A stretch of 63,031 nucleotides of DNA, filler included, from Pirum gemmata (GCA_002812295.1; 28 parts of 28 records of this genome joined end to end with filler, not necessarily neighbours in it); one strand, 5' to 3'. Counted from the whole stretch's first letter, positions 38,385-53,062 are shown. The notes: a model not told the origin generated them from the sequence alone. Translations and numbers: made by a program.

Positions 38385-38690
38385 TTAACTTATACTTAAC
38401 TTTCTAACATGTGAGTCGCTAAAGTGTTGTGCATATTTGGAATTGATTTTTCTTGTGGTATCCGTGTTCAAATGTGGTAAAAACTCAAACCCTCTTACAC
38501 CGAATATTTCGGTATATAATTTAACACATAAAATAAATAGAAACGGATAAACTAAACTAACTGTGCCGTCTGAGGCTTTGGTTGTACTATTTTCATTTTC
38601 GTTGACGAATACTGAATCACTGGCAGCTGGAAGTATACATAATACACAGTATAACAGTGTTATTAATAATGTCTTTTTATAATTTTCCAT
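38385..38690 (-). CDS. Hypothetical secreted protein, N-terminal part (may be spliced)
   Basis: ATG followed by signal-peptide-like LLITLLYCVLCILPAAS; downstream exon structure unclear. Confidence 0.35.
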   Translation of the reverse strand: MENYKKTLLITLLYCVLCILPAASDSVFVNENENSTTKASDGTVSLVYPFLFILCVKLYTEIFGVRGFEFLPHLNTDTTRKINSKYAQHFSDSHVRKLSIS

Positions 38691-38874
38691 TTTGATGTTT
38701 TGTTGTTTGTAATTTGTTGGTTTGTTTGTTTGTTTGTTGTCTGTTTGTTGCTTGTTGCTTGTTGGTTTGTTTTATTATTCTATTATTATTATAACACAAA
38801 TATGTTTTTTATTATTGGAGCACTTGATATATATTTCATAATTTTTTGTTTTTACAATTTTATTTTTATTTTTA

Positions 38875-38905
<31 letters not shown>

Positions 38906-39136
38906 TTTATTTTTTAATTTTTTATTTTTTATTTTTTTCGATTTTTTATTTTTTATTTTTTTCTTGTTGAATTTATTTATAAGTATGATATGATTTTTAA
39001 AAAAATAAAAAAATAANNNNNNNNNNNNNNNNNNNNNNNNNNNNNNNNNNNNNNNNNNNNTTAATTAATTAANNNNNNNNNNNNNNNNNNNNNNNNNNNN
39101 NNNNNNNNNNNNNNNNATTGCTATTATTATTATTAC

Positions 39137-39175
<39 letters not shown>

Positions 39176-39199
39176 GTATTTTAAAAGAAAAAAAAGCAA

Positions 39200-40516
39200 A
39201 TGCTCACGCACAATATAAAGGTAATTGGGAGGGGTAAATTGTGTTTAATAAAAAAGCTTTTTACAGTATTTTTATGGTGCGTTACTATAGCTTTGTTTTC
39301 GAATTTCGTTTTTTGTCCCATAAATGTTTCGGTTATTAGTGAGTTCCTGAGTTTCGGTTATAATCACAAACATAATGATAATAATAATCACAATCAAATC
39401 CGTAATAACAGTTATCAACATAAACAGAAACAGAATCATGTTCAGAAACGTAAAAACATGAACAAAAACCATTACATCACGATTGAAAATAAGTATATAA
39501 CTAATGGTCAGATGTCTAGAAAAAACAACAGTACCAAGAAATTAAACATTACCACTACCAAGCCTGACGGCACTTTTACTTGGAATTTTAAAGATTTCTC
39601 AACCCCATCTATAAAATTAGCTGAAAACTATTACCTTCCAAAAAGAACCTCGTTTTCGTCAAAAAGAAAAATTGCTGTGTGCATCACTGGTTACATGAGG
39701 TCTATGGCTCATGAATTAATTTACTCTAATATAAAACAGCGTTTTCAAGGAATGGTTGATGATGGTGATCAAGTTGATTTTTTTATAGAGAGTATCATAA
39801 AAGATAAAAGCCGAAAACAGCGTAAAAAATCAGCACCCCCAGATCTTGTACGTGTCTACAACATGCTCAATTTTTTAAACCCCCAGGGATTCTCCATACA
39901 CAACACTTACACGGAAAACAATCCAAAACATATAAATCGGATAACTAAACTTTGCCCAGGAATGAAGGTTGAAGCTTTTTACGGGCAATGGGATAACGTG
40001 CGTTTGTGTTACGAACATGTGAGGCATCGGGAAACTACGGAAAATTTTCGATATGATTGGGTAATTCGAACCAGAACCGACTTGATATTTTTAGCTTCCT
40101 TACCGAAATTAAGCTCGTTACCACCAACACAAGTTTATGTGCCTGTAGTTCATACGGGTGATTTAATGAACGATCATTTTGTAATTGCACCACGCAAACT
40201 CTCCGATAACGTTTTTAACGCGGCCAGTTTAATTGACGGATTACGACGAAAAAAAGATTGTTCACTTAGTCGCCCTCACTTGCGTGCAAGGTTGGGACCC
40301 GAAAAGTTTCTTGGGGCGGAAAGGATTCTTGCTTTACATTTTCATAATAAACGTATTAGGGTTAAGAAACTCCCCATTTTTGAAGTTGTTGTTAGGCCTT
40401 TTGGCCCAGCTTGCTATCGCCGCCAGGCGAGTAAAGAAAGAAGAACATGTTTCAAGTTTAAGGAAAAGTATAGATTGTATAATCGTTTAAATCATATTAT
40501 TACTGTGTTTAAATAG
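39200..40516 (+). CDS. Type II membrane glycosyltransferase-like protein (438 aa, intronless)
   Basis: N-terminal TM helix, Asn/His stem, then motifs KIAVCITGYMRS, YDWVIRTRTDL, NDHFVIAPR and ERILALH typical of an uncharacterised GT-like family. Confidence 0.75.
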   Translation: MLTHNIKVIGRGKLCLIKKLFTVFLWCVTIALFSNFVFCPINVSVISEFLSFGYNHKHNDNNNHNQIRNNSYQHKQKQNHVQKRKNMNKNHYITIENKYITNGQMSRKNNSTKKLNITTTKPDGTFTWNFKDFSTPSIKLAENYYLPKRTSFSSKRKIAVCITGYMRSMAHELIYSNIKQRFQGMVDDGDQVDFFIESIIKDKSRKQRKKSAPPDLVRVYNMLNFLNPQGFSIHNTYTENNPKHINRITKLCPGMKVEAFYGQWDNVRLCYEHVRHRETTENFRYDWVIRTRTDLIFLASLPKLSSLPPTQVYVPVVHTGDLMNDHFVIAPRKLSDNVFNAASLIDGLRRKKDCSLSRPHLRARLGPEKFLGAERILALHFHNKRIRVKKLPIFEVVVRPFGPACYRRQASKERRTCFKFKEKYRLYNRLNHIITVFK

Positions 40517-41289
40517 TATTTCTGATGATCCATTAATAATCAATTTTTTCTTTGTAAGTAAAACGGAGTATTCTATTATTGGTATTATATATTATAACAG
40601 AATATTGTTTAAAGTTTCTCAAACCTTGATTTGAGTTTGTGAAAATGCATGTCCATTAATATTTCAACTTATAAACTCTGGTTGAACTTATTTACAGTAA
40701 TATCAATACAATTAACTATGATAATAACATGTGTACGGTTAATGTTTTTATAAATTGCCCTTAAAAGAATAACGTTATACAGTTCCAGAGCAATTTTTTG
40801 TCGCATACATAGAAAAGTTTTAAACAAGCTTAATTAAGCGGTTGGTACCGATACGGTACGACCATTGTCTAGAGGAAATAAGTCCGTCAACATAATATTA
40901 CTTAATAAATTACAGCGTAAACTATCAAATTACTAACTTAAATCAAGAAAATAAGAATAAACAATCATGTCCCACAAGCTAGCACAAAAATTAAAAAATT
41001 CTTTTTACATTATATATATATATATAGTGTATATATATACAAAAGTACCAGTTTTAGACAATTATCTGTTTATCCCGCAAAAAGTGTCTATATATAGGAA
41101 ATAATATATAACTTATAAATACATGTATATATAANNNNNNNNNNNNNNNNNNNNNNNNNNNNNNNNNNNNNNNNNNNNTTAATTAATTAANNNNNNNNNN
41201 NNNNNNNNNNNNNNNNNNNNNNNNNNNNNNNNNNATTATTATTATTATTATGTAATTATTGTTATTGTTATAATAATAATAATAATAAT

Positions 41290-41320
<31 letters not shown>

Positions 41321-43332
41321 TGACAACAACAACAACAAAAAAAATAGGCAAAAAAAAGGTACAAAACAAGGTCGCTAAACAAAAGTTTTTACTCGCCGTC
41401 AGAGGCGGGAGGTCTTGAAATTGGGCATTTTGCAACCTCTCGGTATTATTATTAGGGAAGGTTGGAGGTCTACAAAAGACACGGCACTAATATATAGTAA
41501 TTTAGGTATGTCATAGAATACTCATAGAATGTTAAATTGCAAATGTTATCAATGCTATGAATGTTATGGAGTAATTTTTAAGTTTCCCGTAAAGGTGAAC
41601 GATACCAATACCCAGGTGCCCTATTCCTATAGTAGAGTGTGTAGGGTACAGGCAATATCAAGAACAATAATATAAAATTAATCAATTAATAAGAAAAAAT
41701 ATAGAAGAAACAGAAAACTTTTTATTTATTTATTTTTCGTTTTTTTTTCTTGAATATTTTTAATGCCACGAAACCAAACGCGAAATGGAAAAGATCAAGG
41801 AATTCGATTTTTTGCCCACGAAACCAAACGCGAAATGGAAAAGGTCAAGGAATTCGATTTTTTGAAATCCTAGAAAATGCAAAAAAAAGGTAGAACAAAG
41901 AAAGAGAAAACAAATAAAAACAAATGGAAAAAATTAAGAAAAGAGCCAAGGTTCTTAAGAATAGTAACAACTAATAATAATAATAATAATAATAGCTATC
42001 ATAATCGGCAGATCATCATTACTAACGTCAAGAATCCTTCCTCAAAATTCTTTACTGAGTAACTTATCTTCAAGGGTCATTTTATTCCCAGCCAAATATT
42101 GATAGATATCGAATTCCCAAAAAACATCAAAAGAACACACACAAAAAAAATGCAAAAATGTAGCAACAACAACAGCAGCAGCAGCAACAACAGCAACAGA
42201 AACAACAATAACAACAAACAGCAACGGCAACACCAGCAATAAGAAAAACAACAAGAACATAGTTAATTAAAACAACAACAGTAAGAACAACCAACAATAA
42301 GAATAACTGAAATAATAATAATTAAATAAATAAATACATTTTTTTAAACAACAACAGTAAGAACAACAACAACAACCACAACAATTAAGTAAAATAACAT
42401 TTTTGTTCAGAGCTCAGCTCTCATAATCAAAAAATCATTATTACTAAAGTCAAGAATCCCTCCTCAAAATTCTACTGGGTAAACAATCTTAAGGGGTAAT
42501 TCTATTCCCAAAGTACTGATGGGGATTTCGAATTCCCAAAAATATCAGTAAAACAAAAAAACTTGGATACTGCTGGACTTAAGATTCAAAAAACTACCCG
42601 CGTTACTCTCGAAAAAGTTTGTCATCCTCGCTCTTAAAAAAGTTATTAAAAAAATGGGGCGAAAAGGTAGTGGTAAATAATATAATAAAAATGCGTTTAA
42701 TACCAACTCGTCCAAATGAAAGCGATCATGAGGTGTTTTCAGGAAGACGTTACGGCATCTCAACAGCGACAGAATAATGACAATAAGAATAAGAACAACC
42801 AGATCCACATTAACCTGGCCCTGGTTCCAATTAGAAGATTTTTTTTTTTTTGTCAAAAAAGTTCCGATATCGGAAGTTTTTTGACCAAAAAAATTCGAAA
42901 CGCAAATTTAGACTCGAGTCATAGTTAAAAACCAAAAAAATAATAATATGGCTTTTCAATTCGAGAACAGTAAAAATAAAGAACAAATACACAATTATAA
43001 CTAAAACATAAAGTTTATTACAATAACACTATTAGTTTAATTAATATTATAATGAACTAACCAAGTGCTAGTTTTAAAATTAACATATGCCTTATTTATT
43101 ACGTCATTTATATTACGTCATAAACACTGTTATCGTCATTATTTTTTTTTTCATTTTATTTTATTATTTTATTATGTTTTTTTCCTTTCCTTTCAAGATG
43201 TTTTCTTCCCTATCATGTGCATAACTCAAAGCNNNNNNNNNNNNNNNNNNNNNNNNNNNNNNNNNNNNNNNNNNNNTTAATTAATTAANNNNNNNNNNNN
43301 NNNNNNNNNNNNNNNNNNNNNNNNNNNNNNNN

Positions 43333-44106
43333 CAGTGGCTAAAGAGCGTTCGAATAATACGTCACGTCAAGGGGTAGGTAGGTAGGTGGCATTTGACTGG
43401 AAATTAACGTCGAGGGGAAGGTAGGTAGGGGTATTTGAAATTGGCGTTACGTAGTATAGCTTTTCCCAATTCTTCTCGAGCCCGAAAACTCGAATTCCTA
43501 CTGTCTGAAAAAAAAAAAAAAGCTGAAATTCAGCTCTGTTTTCGAAAATTATTTTTTCCATTTTTTTCGGGTTTATAAATAAATAAATATACTTGAATAC
43601 TTAACTGTTAGTTTTTAAAATTTTCGAACTTATTTAATTAATGCATAGGCTCGAAAACTCGATTTTTTTATTTTGAAAAAGTGGCCAAATTTTTTCTGAC
43701 GGCTCGAACATTTCAAACATACTAAATAGATATATTCGAAATAGAATATTATTATTACTGTCCAAAAAGTTGGGACATACATTGAAAATTTGACATAGTC
43801 TTAGTATAGTCTTGTTTTGACGTTAAATCGCACGAATCAAATTTTAATAATACAAATAATGAAAATTTTTATTGGCTGATAATTTGTATGTTTTTAATTA
43901 GAACTGCCACTCACTCTTCAGTTCCCCAAATTAGGCTTCTTCTAATTCTGCTTTGTTAAAAAATCTAGTTTTCGAGCCTATGCCTTAATTAAGTAAGTTC
44001 GAAAATTTTTAAGCTAACAGTTAGGTATTCAAGTATATTTATTTATTGATAAACCCGAAAAAAATGAAAAAAAAGTTTTTTTTTTTCTAACAGAGCTGAA
44101 TTCTGG

Positions 44107-44149
<43 letters not shown>

Positions 44150-45329
44150 TTTTTAAAAAAAAAAAAAACTTACTTGTTGCTCGAAGCAATTTTACTGTCA
44201 ATGATGTTTTCTAGATGTTTTCTAATTATAATATAATAATAATAATAATAATAACATTATGTATTATGTAGTAATATTAGAACTAGTACTAGTACTAGTA
44301 GTATTAGCACTAGGTAAAACTGTAATCCATATAACAATAATAATAAATAGGGGTAAAGGGTACGTGTAGTAGTAGCTATAATAGTAGTTATCATAATACT
44401 ACTAGTACTAGTACTGTTACTATATTACTATTATAAAACTATTACTCTATTACTTTTATGATTAATATTTCTATTTCTCTTATTGTTTCTGTGCATGTTA
44501 TTATTATGTATATTAATTAAAATAGCATTGATATTACTATTAGTTAGCATAAATATTACCATTGCTCTTATTAATACTGTATTACTATTACCATTTCTAT
44601 TCTTATCAATTCCAAACCTAACCCCTAACATAATTATAGTTATAATAACTTCTATTACTATTACTATTAAACAAAACAAAAACAATAATAACAAACAATA
44701 ATAATAAACAACAACAATAGCAACAACTTCTTATTTTTTTTTTTAAAACAACCAAGCCTGATAAAACTGTTGGAAATCGTTTTTTTTTTTATTTCTTTTC
44801 TAAAAATCCTTTTTTTAAATGCTAACTAGCCGAATTATTTTTAAAAACTAGCCATTGGTTCATAATAGAGTTTTCTTAGTTAGACTAATTGGTTCCTTTT
44901 GAGATTTTTTGGATTTTTGAGCTTACCATTTCTATTCGGCTTTATTGAAAAACACGATAATAATAACCCCTATTAGCACCAGACAAAAAGAAGATTATTT
45001 GTTGAAACGCAGCAATTATGCTATTTTTTACAAAAAAGTTACAAAAACTATTCGTGAAAACCAAATAGCTCTGTTTTCAGTGGCTAAAGAGCGTTCGAAT
45101 AATACGTCACGTCAAGGGGTAGGTAGGTAGGTGGCATTTGACTGGAAATTAACGTCGAGGGGAAGGTAGGTAGGGGTATTTGAAATTGGCGTTACGTAGT
45201 ATAGCTTTTCCCAATTCTTCTCGAGCCCGAAAACTCGAATTCCTACTGTCTGAAAAAAAAAAAAAAGCTGAAATTCAGCTCTGTTTTCGAAAATTATTTT
45301 TTCCATTTTTTTCGGGTTTATAAATAAAT
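43333..45329. repeat. Contig with identical ~250-bp ends (period 1745 bp)
   Basis: 43333-43584 matches 45078-45329 (a fused family C + D MITE junction); the ORF track gives identical 64-aa ORFs. Confidence 0.9.
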
Positions 45330-45474
45330 NNNNNNNNNNNNNNNNNNNNNNNNNNNNNNNNNNNNNNNNNNNNTTAATTAATTAANNNNNNNNNNNNNNN
45401 NNNNNNNNNNNNNNNNNNNNNNNNNNNNNAAAAAAAAACCAACATCATCGATATCATTATTATTATCATTAATA

Positions 45475-45515
<41 letters not shown>

Positions 45516-45624
45516 GTATTGAAACATTTTACAAAAGAAAAATAAACATTTTATTTATACTTATAATTAACTGAACTGGGTTGGTTTTTATTTATCAACG
45601 AACCATATTTAATTAACTAATTTA

Positions 45625-46255
45625 TCATACAGAATTACTACTGCTACCACCACCACCACTACTACTACTACTACTAATACTACCAGTTCCAGTAGCAGAT
45701 TGATATGAAGGTAATTCTTCGTCAAATTGCTTCCAGGCTTTTAATATATCATTTTCACAATTCACATCAGCTTGGTTTCTAGTAGCTAAGTTAGTCCTTA
45801 AATTATCTGTACTATTACTTCTTCTAGTTTCATTATGATTATGATTATGATTATTTCTCTTACTGTTATTCAGTTCCATGTTTCGTTGGTCTTCTAATTC
45901 TTTGTCATTTCGTAAATCAGTGAAATTGCCATGACTGTTGCTTCTTGCGTATTGACCTTCATAATGCTGATAATGATGGTTATCAAAATCGAGCTGCTCT
46001 TCATCCCATCTTCTTTCGAGTTCTTTTTCTACTTTTTTAACTTTTTTGTGTAGTTTTCTTTTCGCCGAATATTGTACCCCTACTAATGGTACGGTTACGA
46101 CTGCTGCTGGCCAAAATAAAACAGTGGTTATGGTAGCTGCCCCAGCCCCAACCACTGTTGATTGTTTATGGTTTTTTTCTTTTCTTTTTAATTCAATATG
46201 TCTTTGTCGTAGTTGTTCATCTGTTAGCGTGGCTTTATTAATTGTAATTTTTCCC
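45625..46255 (-). CDS. Terminal exon of an unknown protein with one hydrophobic segment
   Basis: Frame is open upstream of the track start: KITINKATLTDEQLRQRHIELKRKEKNHKQSTVVGAGAATITTVLFWPAAVVTVPLVGVQYSAKRKLHKK...*. Confidence 0.6.
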
Positions 46256-46818
46256 TTTTTTTTTTAATTTTTTTTTTTTAATTTTATATACTTTTATTAA
46301 TAATTTAGTTAAGATAGAAAAAAAAAATCAAAATATCTTTCTTATTAAAATTTTAATTAATATTATATTATTATCAGTATTTATATTACACAATATATTA
46401 TATTATTTTGTTCTGGGACGTTTTTTGAGATTGTTTTTGTTTTGTTTTTGTTATGTTATATGTTTACTTTTTTGTTTTTTGTTTTTAAGCTTTGTTGTTT
46501 GTTGTTTGTTTTGTTTTTGTTATGTTTATATAACTTTTAGTTTTTTTTCTAGTATTTTTCGTTTTGTTTGTATTTTTGTTTTTAATTAATATGATAATTC
46601 GCATATTAAAAAATTAATCCTTTTATTTATATACCCATTATTATTTTATTATTATTAATTTNATTATATATTTATTTATTTAGAAGTATCAATTTAAATA
46701 TTAAAAACGACCAAATAAATATTTTGAGTGACAAAATAAATGAAAAGCACAATAAAATGATACTAAAATGATGAGGGGTGGATTAAATTAAATTTTTTAG
46801 ATTAGGGTAGGGTTAGGG

Positions 46819-47051
46819 AGTAGGGGTGAGATATCTACTGGAACTTTTTTCGAACAGTTGCTTATCGAACCAACCTTAGTTCCGTGTTCTTTACTAATAA
46901 TAGCATTTAAATAGCTTAAAATAGTAAATCTAATTATAGTAGATACCAATTAAAGTAATAATATTAACATTAATAATAATAAAAACCATAAAAATCGGAA
47001 AGTTCCGGCAGCTGTTCGGTAATAATAAAATGACGTCATCTCACCCCTACT
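46819..47051. mobile_element. 233-bp TIR element with 8-bp TSD (family B), inserted in telomeric repeats
   Basis: GGTTAGGG|AGTAGGGGTGAGAT ... ATCTCACCCCTACT|GGTTAGGG; reverse complement of 24425-24661. A partial third copy lies at ~59990-60057. Confidence 0.9.
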
Positions 47052-49414
47052 GGTTAGGGTTAGGGACTTCAACTTTAGGATTAGGATTATATAAGGTTTT
47101 ATAGGGTAAGGAATCTAAGGATTAGCATTAGTTAGGGTTAGGAACTTAGGGTTAGGATTTAAAAAATAGGGTTAAAAAATAAAACAAAAATAATAATAAC
47201 ATATACAACAACATTATTAATATATGCATCAATAACGTGCACTTTTTAATAACAGCAACAACACAATTATGACAATTATGATAACAATATTATCGTACAA
47301 AATTCACAATTTGTCACTTTTGTCGTAAAAAGTGCATGTGTCTATATGATCGATATAATAATAATAACAAAAATTAAATAACCTCCATCACCATCATCAC
47401 TGCAACAGTAACATAAAATTATATGCGACAGTAACTGCAACACGAACAACACAATAATAACAAGCTAGGACTTAAAACTTAGCAACAACAATAACAATAA
47501 CAACAACAATTTGCAACAACAACAACATAATAATATATAATATAATAATAATATAATAATGATATTAATATAATAATAATAATATATTATACCGAGATAT
47601 ATTATATTATATCAATAAATTTAAATAACAACAAATAATAATAACAACGAACAGCAACAATTTATTATAATAACAAATAACAACAGCAACACATAACAAC
47701 GACTACAAAAACCACAACCACCACAACCACCACAACCACCACAACCACCACAACCACAACAACCACAATAACCACAACAACCACAACAATCACAACAATC
47801 ACAACAACCGCAACAACCACAACAACCACACAATCACAATAACCACAACAACCGCAACAACCGCAACAACCGCAACAACCACAACAACCACAACAACCAC
47901 AACAACCACAACAACCACAACAACCACAACAACCACAATGATAATAATTTATGATAATAATATAATAATATATAATATTAACGACAACGTAGAGCGCTAG
48001 CAACACGATAAAAACAACAATATATATATCCCAATAATAACAATAACTATAGCAACAGCGCTTACATCTAAATCAGCATTGATATAAAAAAAACAGCAGG
48101 AGCAGCAACAGTACCAGTAAAACATCATTTTAAAACATCATTTAATTGATATTTATTTATTAATTAGTAATAATAATTATAACAGGAATTCAATTAATGC
48201 ATTAACATTGTTCGACAAAGGTTGGATTTTTACTGACTTCATTAAATGGCCCGTATTAATATTCAAGGTTTAAAAATTATTTTAGTTTGGAGCCCCAACC
48301 ACAACCCCAAATTTGTAACCTCAATCCCAATCCCAACCCCAACCTTAATTCCAACCCTAATCCCAATTGCAACCCCAAACCCAGCCCTAATCCCAATCCT
48401 AACCCTAACCCTAATTATAACCTAACCCTAACCCTAACCCTAACCCCAACCCTAACCCTAAACCCAACCCCAACCCTAAACCCAACCCCAACCCTGATCC
48501 CAACCCCAACCCTAGTCCCAATTTACAGCCCCAATTGCAACGTTAACGCTAATCCCAACCCTAATCCTGACCTCAACCCCAACCCCAACCCTAATCCCAA
48601 CCCCAACCCTAATCCCAACCAACCCCAGCCCCAACTCTAATCCCAACCTCAACCCCAACCCTAATCCCAACCCCAACCCCNNNNNNNNNNNNNNNNNNNN
48701 NNNNNNNNNNNNNNNNNNNNNNNNTTAATTAATTAANNNNNNNNNNNNNNNNNNNNNNNNNNNNNNNNNNNNNNNNNNNNGGGTTAGGGTTAGGGTTAAG
48801 GTTAGGGTTAGTTAGGATTAGGGTTAGGGTTAGGGTTAGGGTTGGGTTTAGGATTAGGGTTAGGGTTAGGGTTAGGGTTAGGGTTAAGGTTAGGGTTAGG
48901 GTTAGGGGTAGGGGTAGAGTTAGGGTTAGTATTATTCGTATTATTCGTATTAGGCTATAGCTGAACCCAAACCTATAGTAGTCGAGGCTATGACTTACAG
49001 GTAGGGATTTATTGCTTCGGGTTAGGGTTAGGGTTAGGGGTATTATTCTTATTATTCGTATAATTAGTATGTTTAGTATTGTTAACTTTAATATATTATT
49101 AATAATATTATTATTATCAATATTATTAGTATTATTAGTATTAGTATAATTAGTAAAAGTATCAGTATTATTGGTTAAGGTTAATGTTAGTATTATTCGT
49201 ATTATTCGTATTATTCGTATATTTAGTTTATTTAGTATTATGTTAACATTAATATATTATTAATATTATTAATATTAGTATATTATTAGTAAAATTGTTA
49301 GTATTATTATTAAAATTATATTATTATTTATTAATTTATTTATTTGTTCCAAATATTTATTTACTTATTTATTTTCTGTTTTTTATTATTTTGGACTATT
49401 ATTTATATTTTAAG

Positions 49415-49533
49415 AATCGGACACCACAGTACCAGTGATGATTCCTCTGCCTATCGGTCATTACAAGAAGTTAATTATTGGGATAAAGAAGATCATCCTA
49501 TATCCAGACTAGGCTTATATATGAAAAATGAAG
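49415..49533 (+). CDS. BCKDHA: Internal exon of branched-chain alpha-keto acid dehydrogenase E1 alpha
   Basis: TTTAAG|A ATC..., (R)[32 protein letters not shown], the BCKDHA phosphorylation-loop segment; donor AAG|GTAACCCTAAC. Confidence 0.95.
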
Positions 49534-50508
49534 GTAACCCTAACTCTAACTCTAACTTTAACCTTAACCTTAACCTTAACCTTAACCCTAACCTTAACCC
49601 TAACCTTAACCCTAACCTTAACCCTAACCTTAACCCTAACCTTAACCCTAACCTTAACCCTAANNNNNNNNNNNNNNNNNNNNNNNNNNNNNNNNNNNNN
49701 NNNNNNNNNNNNNNNNNNNNNNNNNNNNNNNNNNNNNNNNNNNNNNNNNNNNNNNNNNNNNNNNNNNNNNNNNNNNNNNNNNNNNNNNNNNNNNNNNNNN
49801 NNNNNNNNNNNNCCCTAACCTTAACCCTAACCTTAACCCTAACCTTAACCCTAACCTTAACCCTAACCTTAACCCTAACCTTAACCCTAACCTTAACCCT
49901 AACCCTAACCCTTACTCTAACTCTAACTCTAACTCTAACTCTAACTCTAACTCTAACTCTAACCCTGACCCTAACTTTAACTCTAATTCTAATTCTAACT
50001 CTTATCTCTAACCCTAACTCTAACCCTAACCCTAACCCTAACCCTAACCCTAATAATAATAATAATAATAATGATGATAATAATAATAATAATAATAAAT
50101 AGATAGTAGTTTCTATTTCCATTTACTTGACAAAAAAAGTGGGGGGAAATGTACCTATTTATATTCAATCCACATAGTTTATTCATGTTTTGATTTTTTC
50201 GATTACTAAAAAACAAACTAAAATTACACGAATTTTTCAAATACTGCCCTTGGTGAGAGCAAAAGGCTTTGGAAAATAATGTTTTGCAAACATCTTTACC
50301 ACCAGATTCTGATATTGTTGTGGTGATTTTTTCCGAATGACTTCCACACAAATTTGCTGCTGTTGCAGCAGCAACGGCATAAAGTTTGTTAAGGTACTTC
50401 ATTTTACAATGTCAATTTGGATGAAAAATTTCACAACCAAAATTAACAGTAAAGTTAATAAATTCAATGATAATGATAACAATAATAATAATGATAATGA
50501 CAATTATA

Positions 50509-50567
<59 letters not shown>

Positions 50568-53062
50568 AATGATTATGATAATGATGATGATGATAATAAG
50601 AATAATAATATGATGTGTCTGTAGATGTAGCCACTAGCTCAGAGCTATAATATGATAGCTTGACCTCTCTAGCTAGACTATCATATATGACCTAGCTAGC
50701 TAGAGGGTTAAGTTTTTATCATATCGATAAAACCCTAACCCTAACCCTNNNNNNNNNNNNNNNNNNNNNNNNNNNNNNNNNNNNNNNNNNNNTTAATTAA
50801 TTAANNNNNNNNNNNNNNNNNNNNNNNNNNNNNNNNNNNNNNNNNNNNAACCCTAACCCTAACCCTAACCCTAACCCTAAACGTAAACCTAACCCTGACC
50901 CTGACCCTGACTGACCCTGACCCTCGTAACCCTAACCCTAACTCTGACCCTAACTCTGACCCTCCTAACCCTAACCTTAGCCCAAAACCTAACCCTACCC
51001 CTATATATGTAAATAATCTAATTAATGTCTATATATTAATATATAGACACCTCGGCCGTTATTTATTCATGCTGGACTGAATATGGCCCTATCACATATA
51101 TATATATATGTGCATTTTCACAAATTTTAAAGTTAACACTATTTTATTCCTATATAATATATTATATATCGATATAGGCTATAATATCCAAACTAAATAA
51201 TCCAGATGTGGGATGTTCAGCATTTTAGCTTTATATATATATATTTATATCGATCATTCAAATGTATATATCATAATATATGTATATATAAATGTTCTAT
51301 ATCGTCTATTTCCATTATAGTTGTCCCTCTCTATCTTTAATTTGGTAATGTTTAAGTGTATAATTGAACTTGTTTATATATATAATACAATACCAAATTA
51401 ATTAAAACAAGTCCGATTATAATAATTTGGTACGTTTATTTCAGTTTTTGAACTCGACAAAGTTTAAACCCACGGAAAATTAATTACAAAATGTCCTACG
51501 AATGACACCTGATTTTTTGCGTCATTCATATTTGCTCTAGTGTCATAATATTTCCCTCTACCGTCATCCTCAGCGGCGTCATAACACTTGTTTTTACTAC
51601 CATTCTACTCCCTTCAATTTCATATTTCATTAGCTTTATTCATAATCTACCTGCCTTAGATTCTATTTTCCAGAACTACCTACATTCATGGCTTCATCAA
51701 AATCATCAACTCTCACTATTTCATTTTCAGATGATTTGGTGCACACCATTCTTTTGTAAGTCGATTTGGGTACGCAATAATACTCGCTCTCCAAAAACAC
51801 CAATGTTTTCCTGCTTGTACAGTTTTTTCGTGTAAACCCACCTTCGCCAGTTAAATCTATTGGTCCATCCACATTCAGAGAGCTTGGACTGACTGTAAAG
51901 ATGGCATCAGGTCAAGCTGTTCACTACATTTATTATTACGTCATCAAATTTAATATGACGTCTTCAATTTATTATCATGACACCTGATTTTTTGCGTCAT
52001 TCATATTTGCTCTAGTGCAAGGACTCCTTGTCTACTAGTGTCATAATATTTCCCTCTGCTGTCATAAAAAAGCCCTCAAGCGTCATGACACTTGTTTTTA
52101 CTACCATTCTACTGAGAATCTACTCCTTTCAATTTCATATTTCATTAGCTTTATTCATAATCTACCTGCCTATATATAATTATATACATAAATTTAACTA
52201 TTCCTTTATTTTTGTTTAATTTTAAAATTTAAATAAAAATTTAAATTTATAAAATCATCAAAATTTAATGTATAAAAAATATCTTAATGATTCATGGTTT
52301 TTTTTTTTAAATTTTGAAAAACAAAACCATATATTTTTATTTAATTTTTTAAAAAGCAAATTTTTTACCATCTACCTCTAGATTAGCATCCAATATTTAG
52401 TTTTTATTAAATTTTAATTATTTAATTTGTTCATTTACTAATTAATTTGATTTACCCACAGATCTGAAGTTCTGAACTCGTTTTTTTATGTTGGCATAAG
52501 GACTTCGACACCTTGCAATTGGTTGAGGGGAGACCCCATGGGGTTTCTTTCCTTTTTCGATAATATGATATTGTGATGATTGTCATTTAATTTGGAGTTA
52601 GCTTTAGAGTGACAAAGCCCTGATATTCAGTATAGTATAGTCCTCGAGGGTTAGGGTTAAGGAGTTGTTAGGGTTAGGATTTAGGTTAGGATTTCGTTTA
52701 GGGTTAGGGTTAGGGCTAGGGTTAGGGTTAGGGTTAGGGTTAGGATTAGGATTAGGGTTAGGGTTAGGGTTAAGGTTAAGGTTAAGGTTAAGGTTAGGGT
52801 TAGGGTTAAGNNNNNNNNNNNNNNNNNNNNNNNNNNNNNNNNNNNNNNNNNNNNTTAATTAATTAANNNNNNNNNNNNNNNNNNNNNNNNNNNNNNNNNN
52901 NNNNNNNNNNGTGGGGGGGGGGGGTGGGGGGGTAATATAGTTAAACGGTGTAAATGTAGGTTAGGAGATATAGAATATAAGAAAATGATGTATTTATTAC
53001 AGATAAGGAAGATGCTAAGTATATATAGTTAAAATGATGTAAAATTAATGTAGGTTAGGGTG

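Noticed and set aside
43367..45306. Duplicated 64-aa ORF as a gene pair
   Set aside because: It lies wholly within fused non-coding MITE sequence (families C and D).
51500..52170. 69-aa ORF (51663-51872) flanked by ~160-bp direct repeats, as a mini-LTR element
   Set aside because: The repeats differ by several indels and lack TG...CA ends, PBS/PPT and TSD; more likely a local duplication.
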